A stretch of 64,000 nt of DNA. Source: an uncultured Planctomycetaceae bacterium (lineage in GTDB: Bacteria > Planctomycetota > Planctomycetia > Pirellulales > PNKZ01). The stretch is taken from assembly GCA_964387325.1 (NCBI GenBank), contig CAYLYE010000004.1:1661-65660 (forward strand). Reading direction: 5' to 3'. Each line of letters opens with the position of its first letter. The first letter of the stretch is position 1. Shown here piece by piece: positions 10,191 through 21,001 of the stretch. The notes beneath the pieces are model-generated. The model did no database searches, was not told where the DNA came from, and was given only the letters and a program-made list of their open reading frames with translations. A program made the translations under genes and the position numbers.

Positions 10191-11321
10191 ATGCTGAGCT
10201 TTGTTCCCCGCCCTTTCGCAAACAGGCGGTATGCCTGGATTCTCGCCAGCATCCTACTCTCGGGCCTGATCGTTTCGCGCGCGGCCGCCCAATCTCCCAG
10301 CGAATCGCCCAAGGGAAATCAACGCGAACAACTCTTTCAGCAGTTGTTCCGCGAGGTCGACGAGTTCCAACGTCACCACAGCCTGCTCAAGAAACTCTTT
10401 AAACTCGTTAGTCCCTCGGTCGTGCATCTCGACGCCGAGGTGGTCGAGTCCGGACGTAATGGCGGCAAGCGAACCGTGCAGGAAGCGGGCTCGGGCGTGA
10501 TCATCGAGTTGCAGCAAAAAACCTATGTGGTCACCAATCGACATGTGATCAAAGACGCCAGCTTGGCCAATATCACTATCCGTTTCAGCGACGGCAACGC
10601 GGCCCATCCGACTCAGTTGTGGGCCGACCGAGACACCGATCTCGCCGTCTTGGCCGTGAGTGTTCCGAACCTCGTGGCGGCTCGACTTGGCGACAGCGAA
10701 CAAGCCGAAATCGGCGATTTTGTCGCCGCGGTCGGTAGCCCCTTCGGACTCAGCCACAGCGTGACCTACGGCATCATCAGCGCCAAAGGCCGCCGCGATT
10801 TGGAACTCGGCGACGGCGGTGTTCGTTACCAGGACTTTATTCAAACCGACGCCGCCATCAACCCCGGAAATAGCGGCGGTCCACTCTTTAATCTTCGCGG
10901 CGAAGCGATCGGCATCAACACGGCCATCGCCAGCAACAGTGGAGGCAGCGAAGGAATCGGCTTCGCCATTCCGATCAACATGACGATGAAAATCGTGCGA
11001 CAATTGGTCGATCGTGGCAACGTCGTCCGCGGCAAGCTTGGTGTCACGCTCGACTCGAAGTTCACCTACGACAAAGCACTCAACGCCGGCCTCACGCGGC
11101 TCGTCGGCGCTCGGGTCATCGGCGTGGGCAAGAACTCATCGGCCGAGCAAGCAGGCATCCGAGACGGTGATGTGATCGTCCGTTTTGACGGTCTCGAAGT
11201 CGAGAATGACACCCACTTGGTGAACATCGTCGCCACGACCCTCGTGGGGGCCGACATCGCGGCCGAGGTGTATCGCGACCGCAAGCCGCAACGCGTGACC
11301 GTGAAATTGATCGCGCCGTAG
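10191..11321 (+). CDS. HtrA/DegP-family serine protease with PDZ domain
   Basis: ATG at 10191 is preceded by GGAGAG and followed by a signal-anchor (YAWILASILLSGLIVSRAAAQ). Triad contexts are VVTNRHV, DLAVL and GNSGGPLF. The C-terminal PDZ-like segment is GVGKNSSAEQAGIRDGDVIVRFDG. Confidence 0.9.
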   Translation: MLSFVPRPFANRRYAWILASILLSGLIVSRAAAQSPSESPKGNQREQLFQQLFREVDEFQRHHSLLKKLFKLVSPSVVHLDAEVVESGRNGGKRTVQEAGSGVIIELQQKTYVVTNRHVIKDASLANITIRFSDGNAAHPTQLWADRDTDLAVLAVSVPNLVAARLGDSEQAEIGDFVAAVGSPFGLSHSVTYGIISAKGRRDLELGDGGVRYQDFIQTDAAINPGNSGGPLFNLRGEAIGINTAIASNSGGSEGIGFAIPINMTMKIVRQLVDRGNVVRGKLGVTLDSKFTYDKALNAGLTRLVGARVIGVGKNSSAEQAGIRDGDVIVRFDGLEVENDTHLVNIVATTLVGADIAAEVYRDRKPQRVTVKLIAP

Positions 11322-11348
11322 TTGTCTCAACGACTGAATGACTGGCAG

Positions 11349-11475
<127 letters not shown>

Positions 11476-11495
11476 GTCTCTCACGCTCTCCCTCA

Positions 11496-12221
11496 TCACG
11501 CGGCCCGGCGCTGTTGCGATACGGTCGAGGTGTGTGCCGTCTCGCGCTCCGCTTGTTCGTGCGACATGATCTGATGACGCGCGTACAGCAGCAATGACAT
11601 GAGCAACGCCACGTTGCCGAGCATCTCACAGCCCTCCTCGAGCATGACGCCCCGCTGATCTTTGGGCGTGATCCAGGCTAACTCGGCCAATACAGCGGTC
11701 CCGTACAACGCGGCCACGCTGAGCCATGAGACCACGGCGGCGAAGCAGGTCCGCATGCGCCACAATATTTGCAGTCCGACGACGGACAGCACGGCGAAGT
11801 AGCCCATCACCCACCAGATGGTCCCGTCGTGGATGAGTCGCTCGCCGGTGACGTGTGACATCAACTCTTTGAACGCCTCATGCACGCTCGAGCACTCGTC
11901 GATGCTCATCACGAGCCAGCAGACCGCGCCCACGAGCCAGAGCCGTCGGGCATGTGTCTCGCGCGAATGCAGGACATACACCAGCGTGCTGGCCAGCGCG
12001 GCGAAGAGAAGCGTCATCGTGCTGAACCACACGGCCAAGCTCCCTTCGCCATCAAGATCGAACGCGGCCACGCGGCCATCGGTCGTCTGCGGAGCCAACA
12101 ATGGCATAAGCGCGTACAGAGCTTCGAGGCTGGCGACGATCACGATCGCCAGCAAACCACCCAGCACGTAGCTGCGTGGCCGGCGAGGGACCAGATCGAT
12201 TAGTCGAATGTGCGGGCTCAT
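11496..12221 (-). CDS. Hypothetical multi-pass membrane protein
   Basis: 241-aa ORF with ATG start and about 7 hydrophobic helices. No recognisable catalytic motif. Confidence 0.65.
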   Translation of the reverse strand: MSPHIRLIDLVPRRPRSYVLGGLLAIVIVASLEALYALMPLLAPQTTDGRVAAFDLDGEGSLAVWFSTMTLLFAALASTLVYVLHSRETHARRLWLVGAVCWLVMSIDECSSVHEAFKELMSHVTGERLIHDGTIWWVMGYFAVLSVVGLQILWRMRTCFAAVVSWLSVAALYGTAVLAELAWITPKDQRGVMLEEGCEMLGNVALLMSLLLYARHQIMSHEQAERETAHTSTVSQQRRAA

Positions 12222-12467
12222 GGCGATCAGTTTGCCGTAGGCAGTTCGATTCTCAGCGGGAGCGAATCATAGCCAGATTGGGCCCACGCAGAAAGATAGA
12301 TTGACGCTAGCACGCTCTCCTCAGTACGATCCGGCCCGGTGCTTTATTGACGACTGCGCGGCGAATGATCCAGGGCGACCAACGGAAGCCCGGTCTTCTC
12401 CGGCTTTGCGTTGCTCGCCTAGGCCCATTAGCTGCGCATACTTCAATAGCTCAGGACCCATGCCGCA

Positions 12468-13778
12468 ATGTTGCAGCGACGGACCACTCGACGCGGCTGG
12501 CTCAAAACAACGGCCGCAGTCGGCGCGTTGGGGGTGGTTGGTAGTGGCGGTTACGCGCTTACCCAGCGGCGAATTCGGCTCGGCCTGATCGGCGCTGGCG
12601 GACGGGGCACACAACTGGCGAATGTCTTACGTTGGACCCGCGCTCGACCGCTCTACGGCGATGTGGTCGCAATTTGCGACGTGCATGCGCATCGGGCTCG
12701 CCAACTTCGAGACGAGTATTGTCCACACGCCGAGGTGGTTGCTAGCTACTCGAAACTCTTGGAGCGGGACGATCTCGATGGGGTCGTCATTGCCACGCCC
12801 GACCACTGGCACACGGCAATGTCGCTCGCCGCGCTCGATGCTGGCAAGGCGGTGTACTGCGAGAAGCCGCTGACGTTGACCGTGGCCGAAGGACAGCAGT
12901 TAGTACGCGCCGTCGAGCAGCGACCGCACGTTTTTCAGGTCGGCACCCAACAGCGGAGCGGCTGGATGTTCCAGACCGCGTGTGCGCTCGTTCGCAACGG
13001 TCGGCTCGGCACGTTGCAGCGCATCAAGGTCTCGCTCCCGAACGGGTCGTTGCCCCCGGGCAGCTTTGCCGGGCCGTTCACCAACGAGCCGTCCCCCGCC
13101 GAGCTCGATTGGAACGCATGGCTCGGTCAGGCCCCCTGGGTCGAGTTCTGCAAGCAACGGTACAATCCGTTTCGCTGGTGGTTCGAGTACAGCGGCGGCT
13201 TCATGACCGACTGGGGCGCACATCACATCGACATCGCGCAGTGGGCAATGGGGGTCGAGCACAGCGGACCCACCCGGATCGAGGCCCAGGCCGAATTGCC
13301 TCAGATCCCCAACGGGTACAATACTCCGCAAGCGTTACAGGTGCGGCTGAGCTACGAGAACGGCGTGCAATTGGACGTCGTGCTCGACAGCAAAGTGAGC
13401 GGCATCGAGTTCATCGGCGATCGAGGAACGATCTTTGTCAATCGTCGCCGCATCACCGGCGAGCCGTTCGAGCGACTCGCGCACGATCCGCTCCCCGCGG
13501 ACGACACCCGATTTGCCAACAGTGTGCGTGCTTGGGGCACGATGAATGATATTCACATGCTCGAATTTCTACACTGCATTGAGACCGGCGAACAACCTAT
13601 CTCCGACGTGAAGAGCCAGCATCGCAGTGCAACGGTGTGCCACCTGGCCAATATCGCCATGCGGCTCGGTCGCAACTTGAGTTGGGATCCGCGGCAGGAA
13701 CAGTTTATCGGCGACTCAGCAGCGAACGGCATGCTCAGCCGACCCCAGCGGGAAGCGTTCCGTTTCGCAACGAGTTGA
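12468..13778 (+). CDS. Gfo/Idh/MocA-family oxidoreductase with twin-arginine signal
   Basis: TAT-like RRGWLKTTAAVGALG and Rossmann motif LGLIGAGGRG. EKP motif in VYCEKPLTL. Confidence 0.88.
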   Translation: MLQRRTTRRGWLKTTAAVGALGVVGSGGYALTQRRIRLGLIGAGGRGTQLANVLRWTRARPLYGDVVAICDVHAHRARQLRDEYCPHAEVVASYSKLLERDDLDGVVIATPDHWHTAMSLAALDAGKAVYCEKPLTLTVAEGQQLVRAVEQRPHVFQVGTQQRSGWMFQTACALVRNGRLGTLQRIKVSLPNGSLPPGSFAGPFTNEPSPAELDWNAWLGQAPWVEFCKQRYNPFRWWFEYSGGFMTDWGAHHIDIAQWAMGVEHSGPTRIEAQAELPQIPNGYNTPQALQVRLSYENGVQLDVVLDSKVSGIEFIGDRGTIFVNRRRITGEPFERLAHDPLPADDTRFANSVRAWGTMNDIHMLEFLHCIETGEQPISDVKSQHRSATVCHLANIAMRLGRNLSWDPRQEQFIGDSAANGMLSRPQREAFRFATS

Positions 13779-13848
13779 GTAACTGTCCCAAGCCGACGGC
13801 TCTGCCGTCGACCGACCGGCGACAAGTCGCCGGCTTGGAAAAAGTCCC

Positions 13849-14784
13849 TTACTCAGGAATGGCCGCGAGCGAGCGCAGGATCACGTCCATCACCCCAACC
13901 GCGTCGACTTCCATCGCCACTTCCATGCGCATCCGCGGCTCGGGCACCGCACGGCGATCGAACACCGTCGCCCCCAGCGTCACGTCTCCCGACGCCTCGA
14001 CGTCGCCTGGCAATGACTGCATAGTAAACAGCTCGGGGTGCAACAGCAGCGCCAGGCCAACGGCGGCGGGAAGCTGAATCGTCTCTTGACCCCAATGTTG
14101 CCGGTAGCCACGGAACATCTGCGGTAACAGTCGCCGCAGCAATCGCCCGACGCGCGTGTGCTCGAGCGGTAATTGATCGAAGTGATCGAGGGTCATCGAC
14201 ACCTGCTGGGTGACGTCGAGCGGGACGACCCGTTTGGTGGTGCGCGAGTGAAAAACGGTTTTGGCCGCGGCGGGGTCGCTATACATATTGAACTCGGCCG
14301 CCGCCGTCACATTGCCCGCCGCGCGGACCGTACCGCCGGTGATGACCAGCTCGCCAACCAATCCCACGAGCGCCGCATCGCGTAGAAAGACTTGGGCAAT
14401 ATTCGTCAGCGGGCCCAACGTCACGATCGTCACCTGTTCTGGCGCAGCGCGCAGCTCATCGAGCAGCACCTTCTCGCTCGAGTGACGATGATGCAGTTCG
14501 GCACAGGGGAACTCGATGCCAGCGAGTCCGTTCGAGCCATGCAGCCAGTGCATATCCGCGACCGGGGTGCGGACCGGTTCGATCGCGGCGCCCACGCGCG
14601 GCCAGCGAGGCGGATCCAGTTGCTCGATCAGCGCCTGAACGTTTTTCGTCGCCTGCTCGGCCCCGACCGTCCCGGCCACGGCCGTCACGGCGACCACTTC
14701 TAAATCGGGATGGAACAGAGCCATTGCCAGCGCAACGGCGTCATCGATCCCGGGATCTACATCCAAAATCACCTTGCGAGCCAT
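13849..14784 (-). CDS. Inosine/uridine-preferring nucleoside hydrolase family protein
   Basis: Start moved to ATG 14784 (MARKVILDVDPGIDDAVALAMAL carries the DxDxxxDD signature). The 123-codon upstream extension in the track is Arg/Ser/Gly-rich and looks non-coding. Confidence 0.85.
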   Translation of the reverse strand: MARKVILDVDPGIDDAVALAMALFHPDLEVVAVTAVAGTVGAEQATKNVQALIEQLDPPRWPRVGAAIEPVRTPVADMHWLHGSNGLAGIEFPCAELHHRHSSEKVLLDELRAAPEQVTIVTLGPLTNIAQVFLRDAALVGLVGELVITGGTVRAAGNVTAAAEFNMYSDPAAAKTVFHSRTTKRVVPLDVTQQVSMTLDHFDQLPLEHTRVGRLLRRLLPQMFRGYRQHWGQETIQLPAAVGLALLLHPELFTMQSLPGDVEASGDVTLGATVFDRRAVPEPRMRMEVAMEVDAVGVMDVILRSLAAIPE

Positions 14785-15034
14785 GACGAACCATCCTTGA
14801 CCAGAGTCACTCGGGCGGCGAACGCCTATCGTTGGATTGTAGAGCCAGTCGCGGGACCGAAACAAGCGGGATACCTGGCTTCCCGATGAACGGCATGGCC
14901 CGCCCCTGCGCTCGAATCGGCTCAAGAACCCCGGTTCTGATCCGATGCCATCGAGGGCAATTGCCCGATCAGGCTGGGCAGGGTCTAATGCGAGCCGCGG
15001 GTCACGGTATCGGTTCTGAGGCGCACGAGCGATC

Positions 15035-16366
15035 ATGTCTGCATTGCGAGAAATCCCGGAAGTCGCAGCGCTAACAGCGCCGCGCGGGGTGATTCGCATT
15101 CCGCCCGAGACCGACGTGCCGCTGACATCGCGCGTGCGGCAACTCGTCGACACCCCCGAGTTCCGCCGACTGGCGCATGTCAGCCAGTTGGGACTCGTCT
15201 CGCTCGTGTACCCGGCCGCGAATCATTCACGTTTCGAGCACTCGCTGGGTGTTTACCGGCTGGCGCTGATGTTCCTGAATCAGCTCTCTTACGACGAACG
15301 TTTTACGCAGACGATTCGCGTGGCCGACGCCGAGCTGTTTCTCGTCGCGGCCTTGCTGCACGACCTGGGACACTGGCCGTTTTGTCATCCGATCGAGGAT
15401 CTGCACCTTGCCAGCGTGCCGTCACACGAGCTGTTTGCGAACTCATTTCTACTCGAAGGAGAAATTGCCGACGCCTTGCGTGGCGACTGGGGCATTAACC
15501 CGCGCGACGTCGTGGCCCTGCTGAGCGAGAAGCCTCGCACGCCTCGAGCCAAAATCCTCGCCAGCTTGCTCTCCGGGCCGATCGACATCGATAAAATGGA
15601 TTATCTGGCGCGCGACAGCTTGCATGCCGGCGTCCCGTACGGTCGCAATTTCGACCAGAGTCGGCTGCTCAGTAGTCTGTGCCTGAACCAGGCTGGCGAC
15701 GCCCTGGCGATCACCGACAAGGGGAAGACCGCCGCCGAGATGATGGTCTTTGCCCGCTATGTCATGTTCAGCGAGGTGTACTGGCACCATACGGTCCGCG
15801 CCGCGACGGCCATGCTGCAACGGGCCTTTTACCTGCTTCACGAGTTGGTCGATCCCGATACCTTGTTCCGCCTGCACGACCAGCAGTTGGTCGACGAGTT
15901 GCGACACGTGGCCGATCGTTCGCCTGCCCGCGACTTGCTCGATGGCCTGTTCGGCTCGACGCGGCGGCTCTACAAGCGGGTCGCACAATACAGCATTTTC
16001 GAAGAGCGACCGCTGTACGATCGACTGGCGCGGCGACCGTATCCGTGGCTGGTCGCGTGTTGCGAGCGGCTCGCCCAACGGCTGAGTGCGTCGTTGGGTC
16101 GGATCGTTGCGCCGCACGAATTATTGCTCGACGCACCGCCGATCGAGCGTGAAGTTGAATTCAACGTCGAGGTTTATTTCAGCAAGACGGGCCAATATCG
16201 GCCACTGGTCGATGTCTCGCCTGTGGTGCGAACACTGGCCCAAGAACAATTCGACGATTACGTCAAGCGGGTGCGGTTGTTCGCGTCTCCAGCGCTGGCC
16301 GAGATGTTGCGGCAGCGACCCGACGTCAGCGAGCTGTTGGCCATCGCCATCGACCAGACCGGCTGA
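15035..16366 (+). CDS. HD-domain metal-dependent phosphohydrolase (dNTP triphosphohydrolase/SAMHD1-like architecture)
   Basis: NHSRFEHSLGV, LLHDLGHWPFCH and DIDKMDYLARD motifs. Confidence 0.8.
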   Translation: MSALREIPEVAALTAPRGVIRIPPETDVPLTSRVRQLVDTPEFRRLAHVSQLGLVSLVYPAANHSRFEHSLGVYRLALMFLNQLSYDERFTQTIRVADAELFLVAALLHDLGHWPFCHPIEDLHLASVPSHELFANSFLLEGEIADALRGDWGINPRDVVALLSEKPRTPRAKILASLLSGPIDIDKMDYLARDSLHAGVPYGRNFDQSRLLSSLCLNQAGDALAITDKGKTAAEMMVFARYVMFSEVYWHHTVRAATAMLQRAFYLLHELVDPDTLFRLHDQQLVDELRHVADRSPARDLLDGLFGSTRRLYKRVAQYSIFEERPLYDRLARRPYPWLVACCERLAQRLSASLGRIVAPHELLLDAPPIEREVEFNVEVYFSKTGQYRPLVDVSPVVRTLAQEQFDDYVKRVRLFASPALAEMLRQRPDVSELLAIAIDQTG

Positions 16367-16471
16367 GTCCCCGACGGGAGCCTGATCTTTTTGCTTTATT
16401 CGGGCCTGTCGGGACGTTAAATTAGCGATCCCCGACGGATTCGGTTTCTCCAGTCAGTTCATCGCGAGAGA

Positions 16472-18052
16472 ATGGTCACCATGAGCAGAGTTCGATTGTT
16501 TTCGGCCCGCGCTGTGATTGCAGCCGTGTTGCTGGTCGGCGGCACACTCGCCCAGGCCGACGTCAAGGTATCGCAACTTTTCACGCCGCACATGGTCTTG
16601 CAGCGCGAGATGGCGAACCCCGTCTGGGGCACCGCCGCGCCGGGCGAACAGGTGACCGTCTCGATCGCCGATCAGAAGCACTCAGCCACCGCCGGCGCCG
16701 ACGGCAAGTGGCGCGTCAAGTTGAGCCCGCTCCAAGTGGGCGGCCCGCTCACGCTGACGATCAAGGGTAACAACACCATCACGATCGACGACGTACTGGT
16801 GGGCGAGGTGTGGGTCTGCGCCGGACAGTCGAACATGCAGTGGTCGGTCAAGCAGGCAAATGACCCTGACCTGGAAATCGCGACGGCGAATTACCCCAAG
16901 ATCCGCCTCATCACGGTGCCACAGGTCGGCACCCAAGAGCCGCAAGACAATTTCAAAGGCGAGTGGTCCGTCTGCTCTCCAGAGACCGTCGGAGAATTCT
17001 CGGCCGTCGGATTTTTCTTCGGCCGACAACTCAATCAGATGTTGAATGTGCCCATCGGTTTGATCGACAACTCGTGGGGGGGCTCGGCCTGCGAAGCGTG
17101 GGTCAATCGCAGCGTACTCGCGGCCGACAAGCAGTATGCTCCACTGCTGGCTCGCTGGGCTGACACGGAAAAAACCTTCGATCTGGACAAGGCCAAGGCG
17201 GCATTTGAGCAGCAATTGGCCGACTGGAAGGCCAAGGCAGCCGAGGCGAAGCAGGCCGGCAAGCCGGCGCCGCTACCGCCACGCGGACCGAACAACCCGC
17301 TCGCAGGCAACGCTCGCCCGGGCAACCTGTACAACGGCGTACTTAAGCCGGTGTTGGGCTTCGGTATCCGCGGCGCGATTTGGTATCAGGGGGAGAGCAA
17401 TGCCGGTCGAGCCTATCAGTATCGCCATTTGTTCCCGCTGATGATCCAATCATGGCGCGATGAGTGGGCGCAAGGTGACTTCCCGTTCTACTGGGTCCAA
17501 CTGGCCGACTACCTCGCCGAGAAAGAAAAGCCCGAGGACAGCTCGTGGGCCGAACTGCGTGAAGCTCAGACGATGACCTTGTCGAAACTCAAGAACACGG
17601 GCGAAGCGGTGATCATCGATCTGGGCGAGGCGAACGACATCCATCCGCGCAACAAGCAGGATGTCGCCAAGCGCTTGGTGCGTTGGGCCCTGGCCAAGGA
17701 TTACGGCGTGCAGGTGCCGTATCAGAGCCCGACCTATAAGTCGAGCGCGGTCAAGGACGGCAAGATCATTCTGTCCTTCGATCATGTCGGCAGCGGACTC
17801 AAGACGCACGATTACGGCAGCGTCCGCGGCTTTGCGATTGCCGGCGAAGACAAAGCCTTTGTCTGGGCCACGGCCACCATCCTGCCCAACAATCAGATCG
17901 AAGTCTCGAGTCCCGCGGTCAAGCAGCCCGTGGCCATCCGATACGGTTGGGCTGACAACCCCGTGTGCAATGTGCGTAGCCGCGATGGCCTGCCGCTGAC
18001 ACCGTTTCGGACCGACGATTGGCCGGGCATCACGGCCGACAAAGTGCAGTAA
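16472..18052 (+). CDS. Sialate O-acetylesterase-like (SASA/SGNH-type) carbohydrate esterase, secreted
   Basis: Signal peptide ([16 protein letters not shown]). [14 protein letters not shown] and WYQGESN motifs are typical of the SASA family. Confidence 0.8.
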   Translation: MVTMSRVRLFSARAVIAAVLLVGGTLAQADVKVSQLFTPHMVLQREMANPVWGTAAPGEQVTVSIADQKHSATAGADGKWRVKLSPLQVGGPLTLTIKGNNTITIDDVLVGEVWVCAGQSNMQWSVKQANDPDLEIATANYPKIRLITVPQVGTQEPQDNFKGEWSVCSPETVGEFSAVGFFFGRQLNQMLNVPIGLIDNSWGGSACEAWVNRSVLAADKQYAPLLARWADTEKTFDLDKAKAAFEQQLADWKAKAAEAKQAGKPAPLPPRGPNNPLAGNARPGNLYNGVLKPVLGFGIRGAIWYQGESNAGRAYQYRHLFPLMIQSWRDEWAQGDFPFYWVQLADYLAEKEKPEDSSWAELREAQTMTLSKLKNTGEAVIIDLGEANDIHPRNKQDVAKRLVRWALAKDYGVQVPYQSPTYKSSAVKDGKIILSFDHVGSGLKTHDYGSVRGFAIAGEDKAFVWATATILPNNQIEVSSPAVKQPVAIRYGWADNPVCNVRSRDGLPLTPFRTDDWPGITADKVQ

Positions 18053-18093
18053 CTCGAATCGCTATTTCAACGACTCAAGCCAAGGATCATACC

Positions 18094-18858
18094 ATGATGA
18101 AAATCGGTCAAATACTCACGGGACTACTCATGTTTGCCGCCAACATAGCTGATGCCGCCGACGCGCCGGCTCGGGTCTTTGAGATGCGCGTTTACTATGC
18201 GGCCCCCGGCAAGCTCGACGAGTTGAACGCGCGGTTTCGCGATCACACACTCAAGCTGTTCGAGAAGCACGGCATTACGAACATCGCTTATTTCACACCG
18301 ATCGAGAACCCCGAGAGTCAGTTGATCTACTGGCTTTCGTATCCGAGCCGCGAGGCGCGTGCCGCGTCGTGGAAGGCGTTCATGGCCGACCCCGATTGGC
18401 AGGCGGCGTACAAAAAGTCGGAAGTGAATGGCAAGCTGGTCGCGAAAGTTGAATCGCGATTCATGACCATGACCGATTACTCGAAAGATCCCAAGCCGGG
18501 CAGCGACGGCGAGCGGATCTTCGAGCTGCGCACTTACACGACCACTCCGGGCAACCTGGAGGGGCTCAATGCCCGGTTCCGCAATCACACCTGCAAGCTG
18601 TTCGAGAAGCACGGCATGACGAACCTCGTCTACTGGACACTGATGAGCGATCAGCCGGGGGCCGACAACACGCTCGTCTACCTGCTCGCCCATAAGAGCG
18701 TCGATGCCGCCAAAGCGTCGTTCGGCGCATTCCGCCAAGATCCCGACTGGCTCAAAGCTCGCGAGGCAAGCGAGCAGAAGGCCGGAGGCTCGCTGACCGT
18801 CAAAGACGGGGTCAAGTCGCAGTTCCTCAAGGCGGTCGATTACTCACCCATCAAGTAG
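18094..18858 (+). CDS. NIPSNAP-family protein (tandem NIPSNAP domains), secreted
   Basis: ATG at 18094 gives the signal peptide MMKIGQILTGLLMFAANIADA. An internal duplication is visible: VFEMRVYYAAPGKLDELNARFRDHTLKLFEKHGITN versus IFELRTYTTTPGNLEGLNARFRNHTCKLFEKHGMTN. Confidence 0.8.
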   Translation: MMKIGQILTGLLMFAANIADAADAPARVFEMRVYYAAPGKLDELNARFRDHTLKLFEKHGITNIAYFTPIENPESQLIYWLSYPSREARAASWKAFMADPDWQAAYKKSEVNGKLVAKVESRFMTMTDYSKDPKPGSDGERIFELRTYTTTPGNLEGLNARFRNHTCKLFEKHGMTNLVYWTLMSDQPGADNTLVYLLAHKSVDAAKASFGAFRQDPDWLKAREASEQKAGGSLTVKDGVKSQFLKAVDYSPIK

Positions 18859-18870
18859 TGTGATCTGTTT

Positions 18871-19572
18871 ATGTCGTATTGGATTTTGACGATCCGTGCC
18901 TGGCGAGCAGCGCAGGTCTTTCTTGCGCTGCTCGTCATGGGTCCCCTCGTGTCTTCGGTCGCGGCCGACGAGACGTTTGTCGAATTGTTCGCCGCTGGCT
19001 CGCTGAGCGGCTGGGTTGAAGAGCAGCACGAGTTTTTCAAGGCCAAGCATCCCCATGCCAACACATGGTCGGTTAAGGACGGTGTCGTGCATTGCGATGG
19101 CTCGCTCGGCAACTGCGGTTTCTTGCGCTATGATCGCAAGCTGTGCGACTTTGTCCTACGGCTCGAATTTCGCATGGCCGGAAAATGCAACAGCGGCGTC
19201 GGCATTCGCGCCGCGGTACCGTACACAACGCTCAAGCCGAACACGCTGCCGTCGAACGTCGGGCTCGAGTTCCAAATCGCCGACGATCCCCAAGAGCCGA
19301 TCAGTAAACAATCGAGCGGCGCTTTTTACGGCAGACACCCACCGCTGAATCGCGCCATTCTTCCCGGGGGCGAATGGAACGAGCTCGAGCTCGAATGCCG
19401 CGGGTCGAAAATTCGCGCGACGCTCAACGGTCACTTGGTGCAAGACGTCGATACGAGTGCGGTCGAGGCACTCCGCGATCGGCCGCCGTGTGGGTACCTG
19501 TCGTTGCAAAATCACGGCCACGACATCGACTTTCGCCGCGTGCGATTGAAGGTGATCGAGTCACGCTATTGA
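18871..19572 (+). CDS. DUF1080 (3-keto-disaccharide hydrolase-like) domain protein
   Basis: Signal peptide, then W..KDGVVHCDG, FVLRLEFRMA, NSGVGIR and LQNHGHDIDFRRVRLK, which are typical of DUF1080. Confidence 0.8.
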   Translation: MSYWILTIRAWRAAQVFLALLVMGPLVSSVAADETFVELFAAGSLSGWVEEQHEFFKAKHPHANTWSVKDGVVHCDGSLGNCGFLRYDRKLCDFVLRLEFRMAGKCNSGVGIRAAVPYTTLKPNTLPSNVGLEFQIADDPQEPISKQSSGAFYGRHPPLNRAILPGGEWNELELECRGSKIRATLNGHLVQDVDTSAVEALRDRPPCGYLSLQNHGHDIDFRRVRLKVIESRY

Positions 19573-19664
19573 TCCTCAGCTAAATTGCTAAACTAGGCCG
19601 AGTAACGCGAGGCCGGTATTTCCGGACTCCCGCTGGTCGTCCTGTAAAGTTCATGATCTGAACC

Positions 19665-19976
19665 TCAATCGCTGAGCGAACGAATGAATTCGAGCGTGAA
19701 AATGCCCGTGTCGTGACCATCGCTGAATTCGAGCGAGTAGGCGTAATTACCCATCGGTTTCATCCCCAGTAGCCGTAGGGGTTGCGCCTCGGCCGCGCTC
19801 AACACGGGAAGCATATTCATCGCCGGCGGAGGTTGCGAGCGTTTTTCTCGACAGGTGGCGCAGGGACACTCTTTACGTAGTCGATCGACGCGAATCGACT
19901 GCTCGACGCCGTCGCTCCAAGTGATTTGCAGCTCTTGATTGGCATTCAAGGCGAGCTTGGTGGGTTGCGCGTTCAT
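19665..19976 (-). CDS. DUF971-domain protein
   Basis: LQITWSDGVEQSIRVDRLRKECPCATCREK and YAYSLEFSDGHDTGIF. Its start overlaps the PNP stop by 4 nt. Confidence 0.75.
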   Translation of the reverse strand: MNAQPTKLALNANQELQITWSDGVEQSIRVDRLRKECPCATCREKRSQPPPAMNMLPVLSAAEAQPLRLLGMKPMGNYAYSLEFSDGHDTGIFTLEFIRSLSD

Positions 19977-20848
19977 CGACCGGACTCCTCGCGGATCACG
20001 CCGCGAATGATGCGACGTACTTTATCGGCCGATCGTTCGACGACCGCGACCACATCTTCGCCTTTGACCTCGCCGAGCGACTCGGGCGTGCAGACGTTGC
20101 TGACGATCGACAGCCCGAGCACCTGCATCGAGGCATGGACCGCGACGATCACTTCGTTGACGGTCGACATGCCCACCAGATCGCCGCCAACGAGCCGTAA
20201 GAAACGGTACTCGGCGCGAGGCTCGTAGTTGGGGCCACGAACGCCGACGTAGACACCACGATGCGCGACGAAGTTTTCGCGCCGCGCAATTGCCAAGGCA
20301 CGCTGCACGAGTGAGTGCGTGTAGGGTTGCGACATGTCGGGAAAGCGTGGCCCCAGGCGATCGTCGTTCACTCCGACCAGGGGATTATCGAATGTCAGAT
20401 TGATGTGATCATCAATGACGACGACATCCCCTTGAGCGATTTGCGGGTTGATGCCCCCTGAGGCGTTGGTGACGACGAGCCGTTGCGCGCCAAGGGCCCG
20501 CATCACGCGGATGGGAAAGGTGACTTGGCGAAGTGAATAGCCTTCGTAGGGATGAAAGCGCCCTTGCATGACGAGCACCGGCACCCCCTCGAGCAGCCCG
20601 CAAACGAGTTGACCCTTGTGTCCGATGACGGTCGAGACTGGAAAGTGCGGGATCGAACGGTAGGGCAACACGAGCGGCTGTTCGATGTCGCGAGCCACGC
20701 TGCCCAACCCACTACCGAGCACGATACCCCAGCGCGGCGTGTGAGGCCACCGCTGGGCAATCCATTGGGCGCTCTCGGCGATTTGCTCGAATAGGCCTTC
20801 CATTGGCGGCTCGACGAGGTTGCGAAGCTGAGTGAGTTGATCCCCCAC
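19973..20848 (-). CDS. Purine nucleoside phosphorylase (trimeric PNP family)
   Basis: GIVLGSGLG and DLVGMSTVNEVIVA motifs. The track start at 20848 is GTG. ATG at 20803 (MEGLFEQ...) gives the more usual ~29-aa spacing to GSGLG. Confidence 0.88.
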   Translation of the reverse strand: MGDQLTQLRNLVEPPMEGLFEQIAESAQWIAQRWPHTPRWGIVLGSGLGSVARDIEQPLVLPYRSIPHFPVSTVIGHKGQLVCGLLEGVPVLVMQGRFHPYEGYSLRQVTFPIRVMRALGAQRLVVTNASGGINPQIAQGDVVVIDDHINLTFDNPLVGVNDDRLGPRFPDMSQPYTHSLVQRALAIARRENFVAHRGVYVGVRGPNYEPRAEYRFLRLVGGDLVGMSTVNEVIVAVHASMQVLGLSIVSNVCTPESLGEVKGEDVVAVVERSADKVRRIIRGVIREESGR

Positions 20849-21001
20849 AAATAATCGTTTCGGCGTGCCGACGCAAGCGGTGAAGACGATCGAGATGGCT
20901 CATTTTCTCTGCGAAAGCCATGTTGCCCCAAGGCTGAGTAGCCCTAGAATGATGAGTCGTTGATGTGGTGAGAGGATCGTTTGACTGGAGCGCCGAGAGC
21001 C

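Noticed and set aside
10254-11003. 249-aa ORF antisense to the HtrA-like protease
   Set aside because: The sense strand carries the His/Asp/Ser triad contexts and a PDZ domain. The antisense ORF has no features.
12300-12329. Possible promoter TTGACG-18 nt-TACGAT upstream of the oxidoreductase gene
   Set aside because: The -10 match is weak and there is no supporting evidence, so it is not reported as a feature.
14785-15153. 123-codon N-terminal extension of the nucleoside hydrolase ORF
   Set aside because: The extension is non-protein-like and would overlap the divergent HD-domain gene start. The DxDxxxDD motif lies 10 aa after the ATG at 14784, as in family members.
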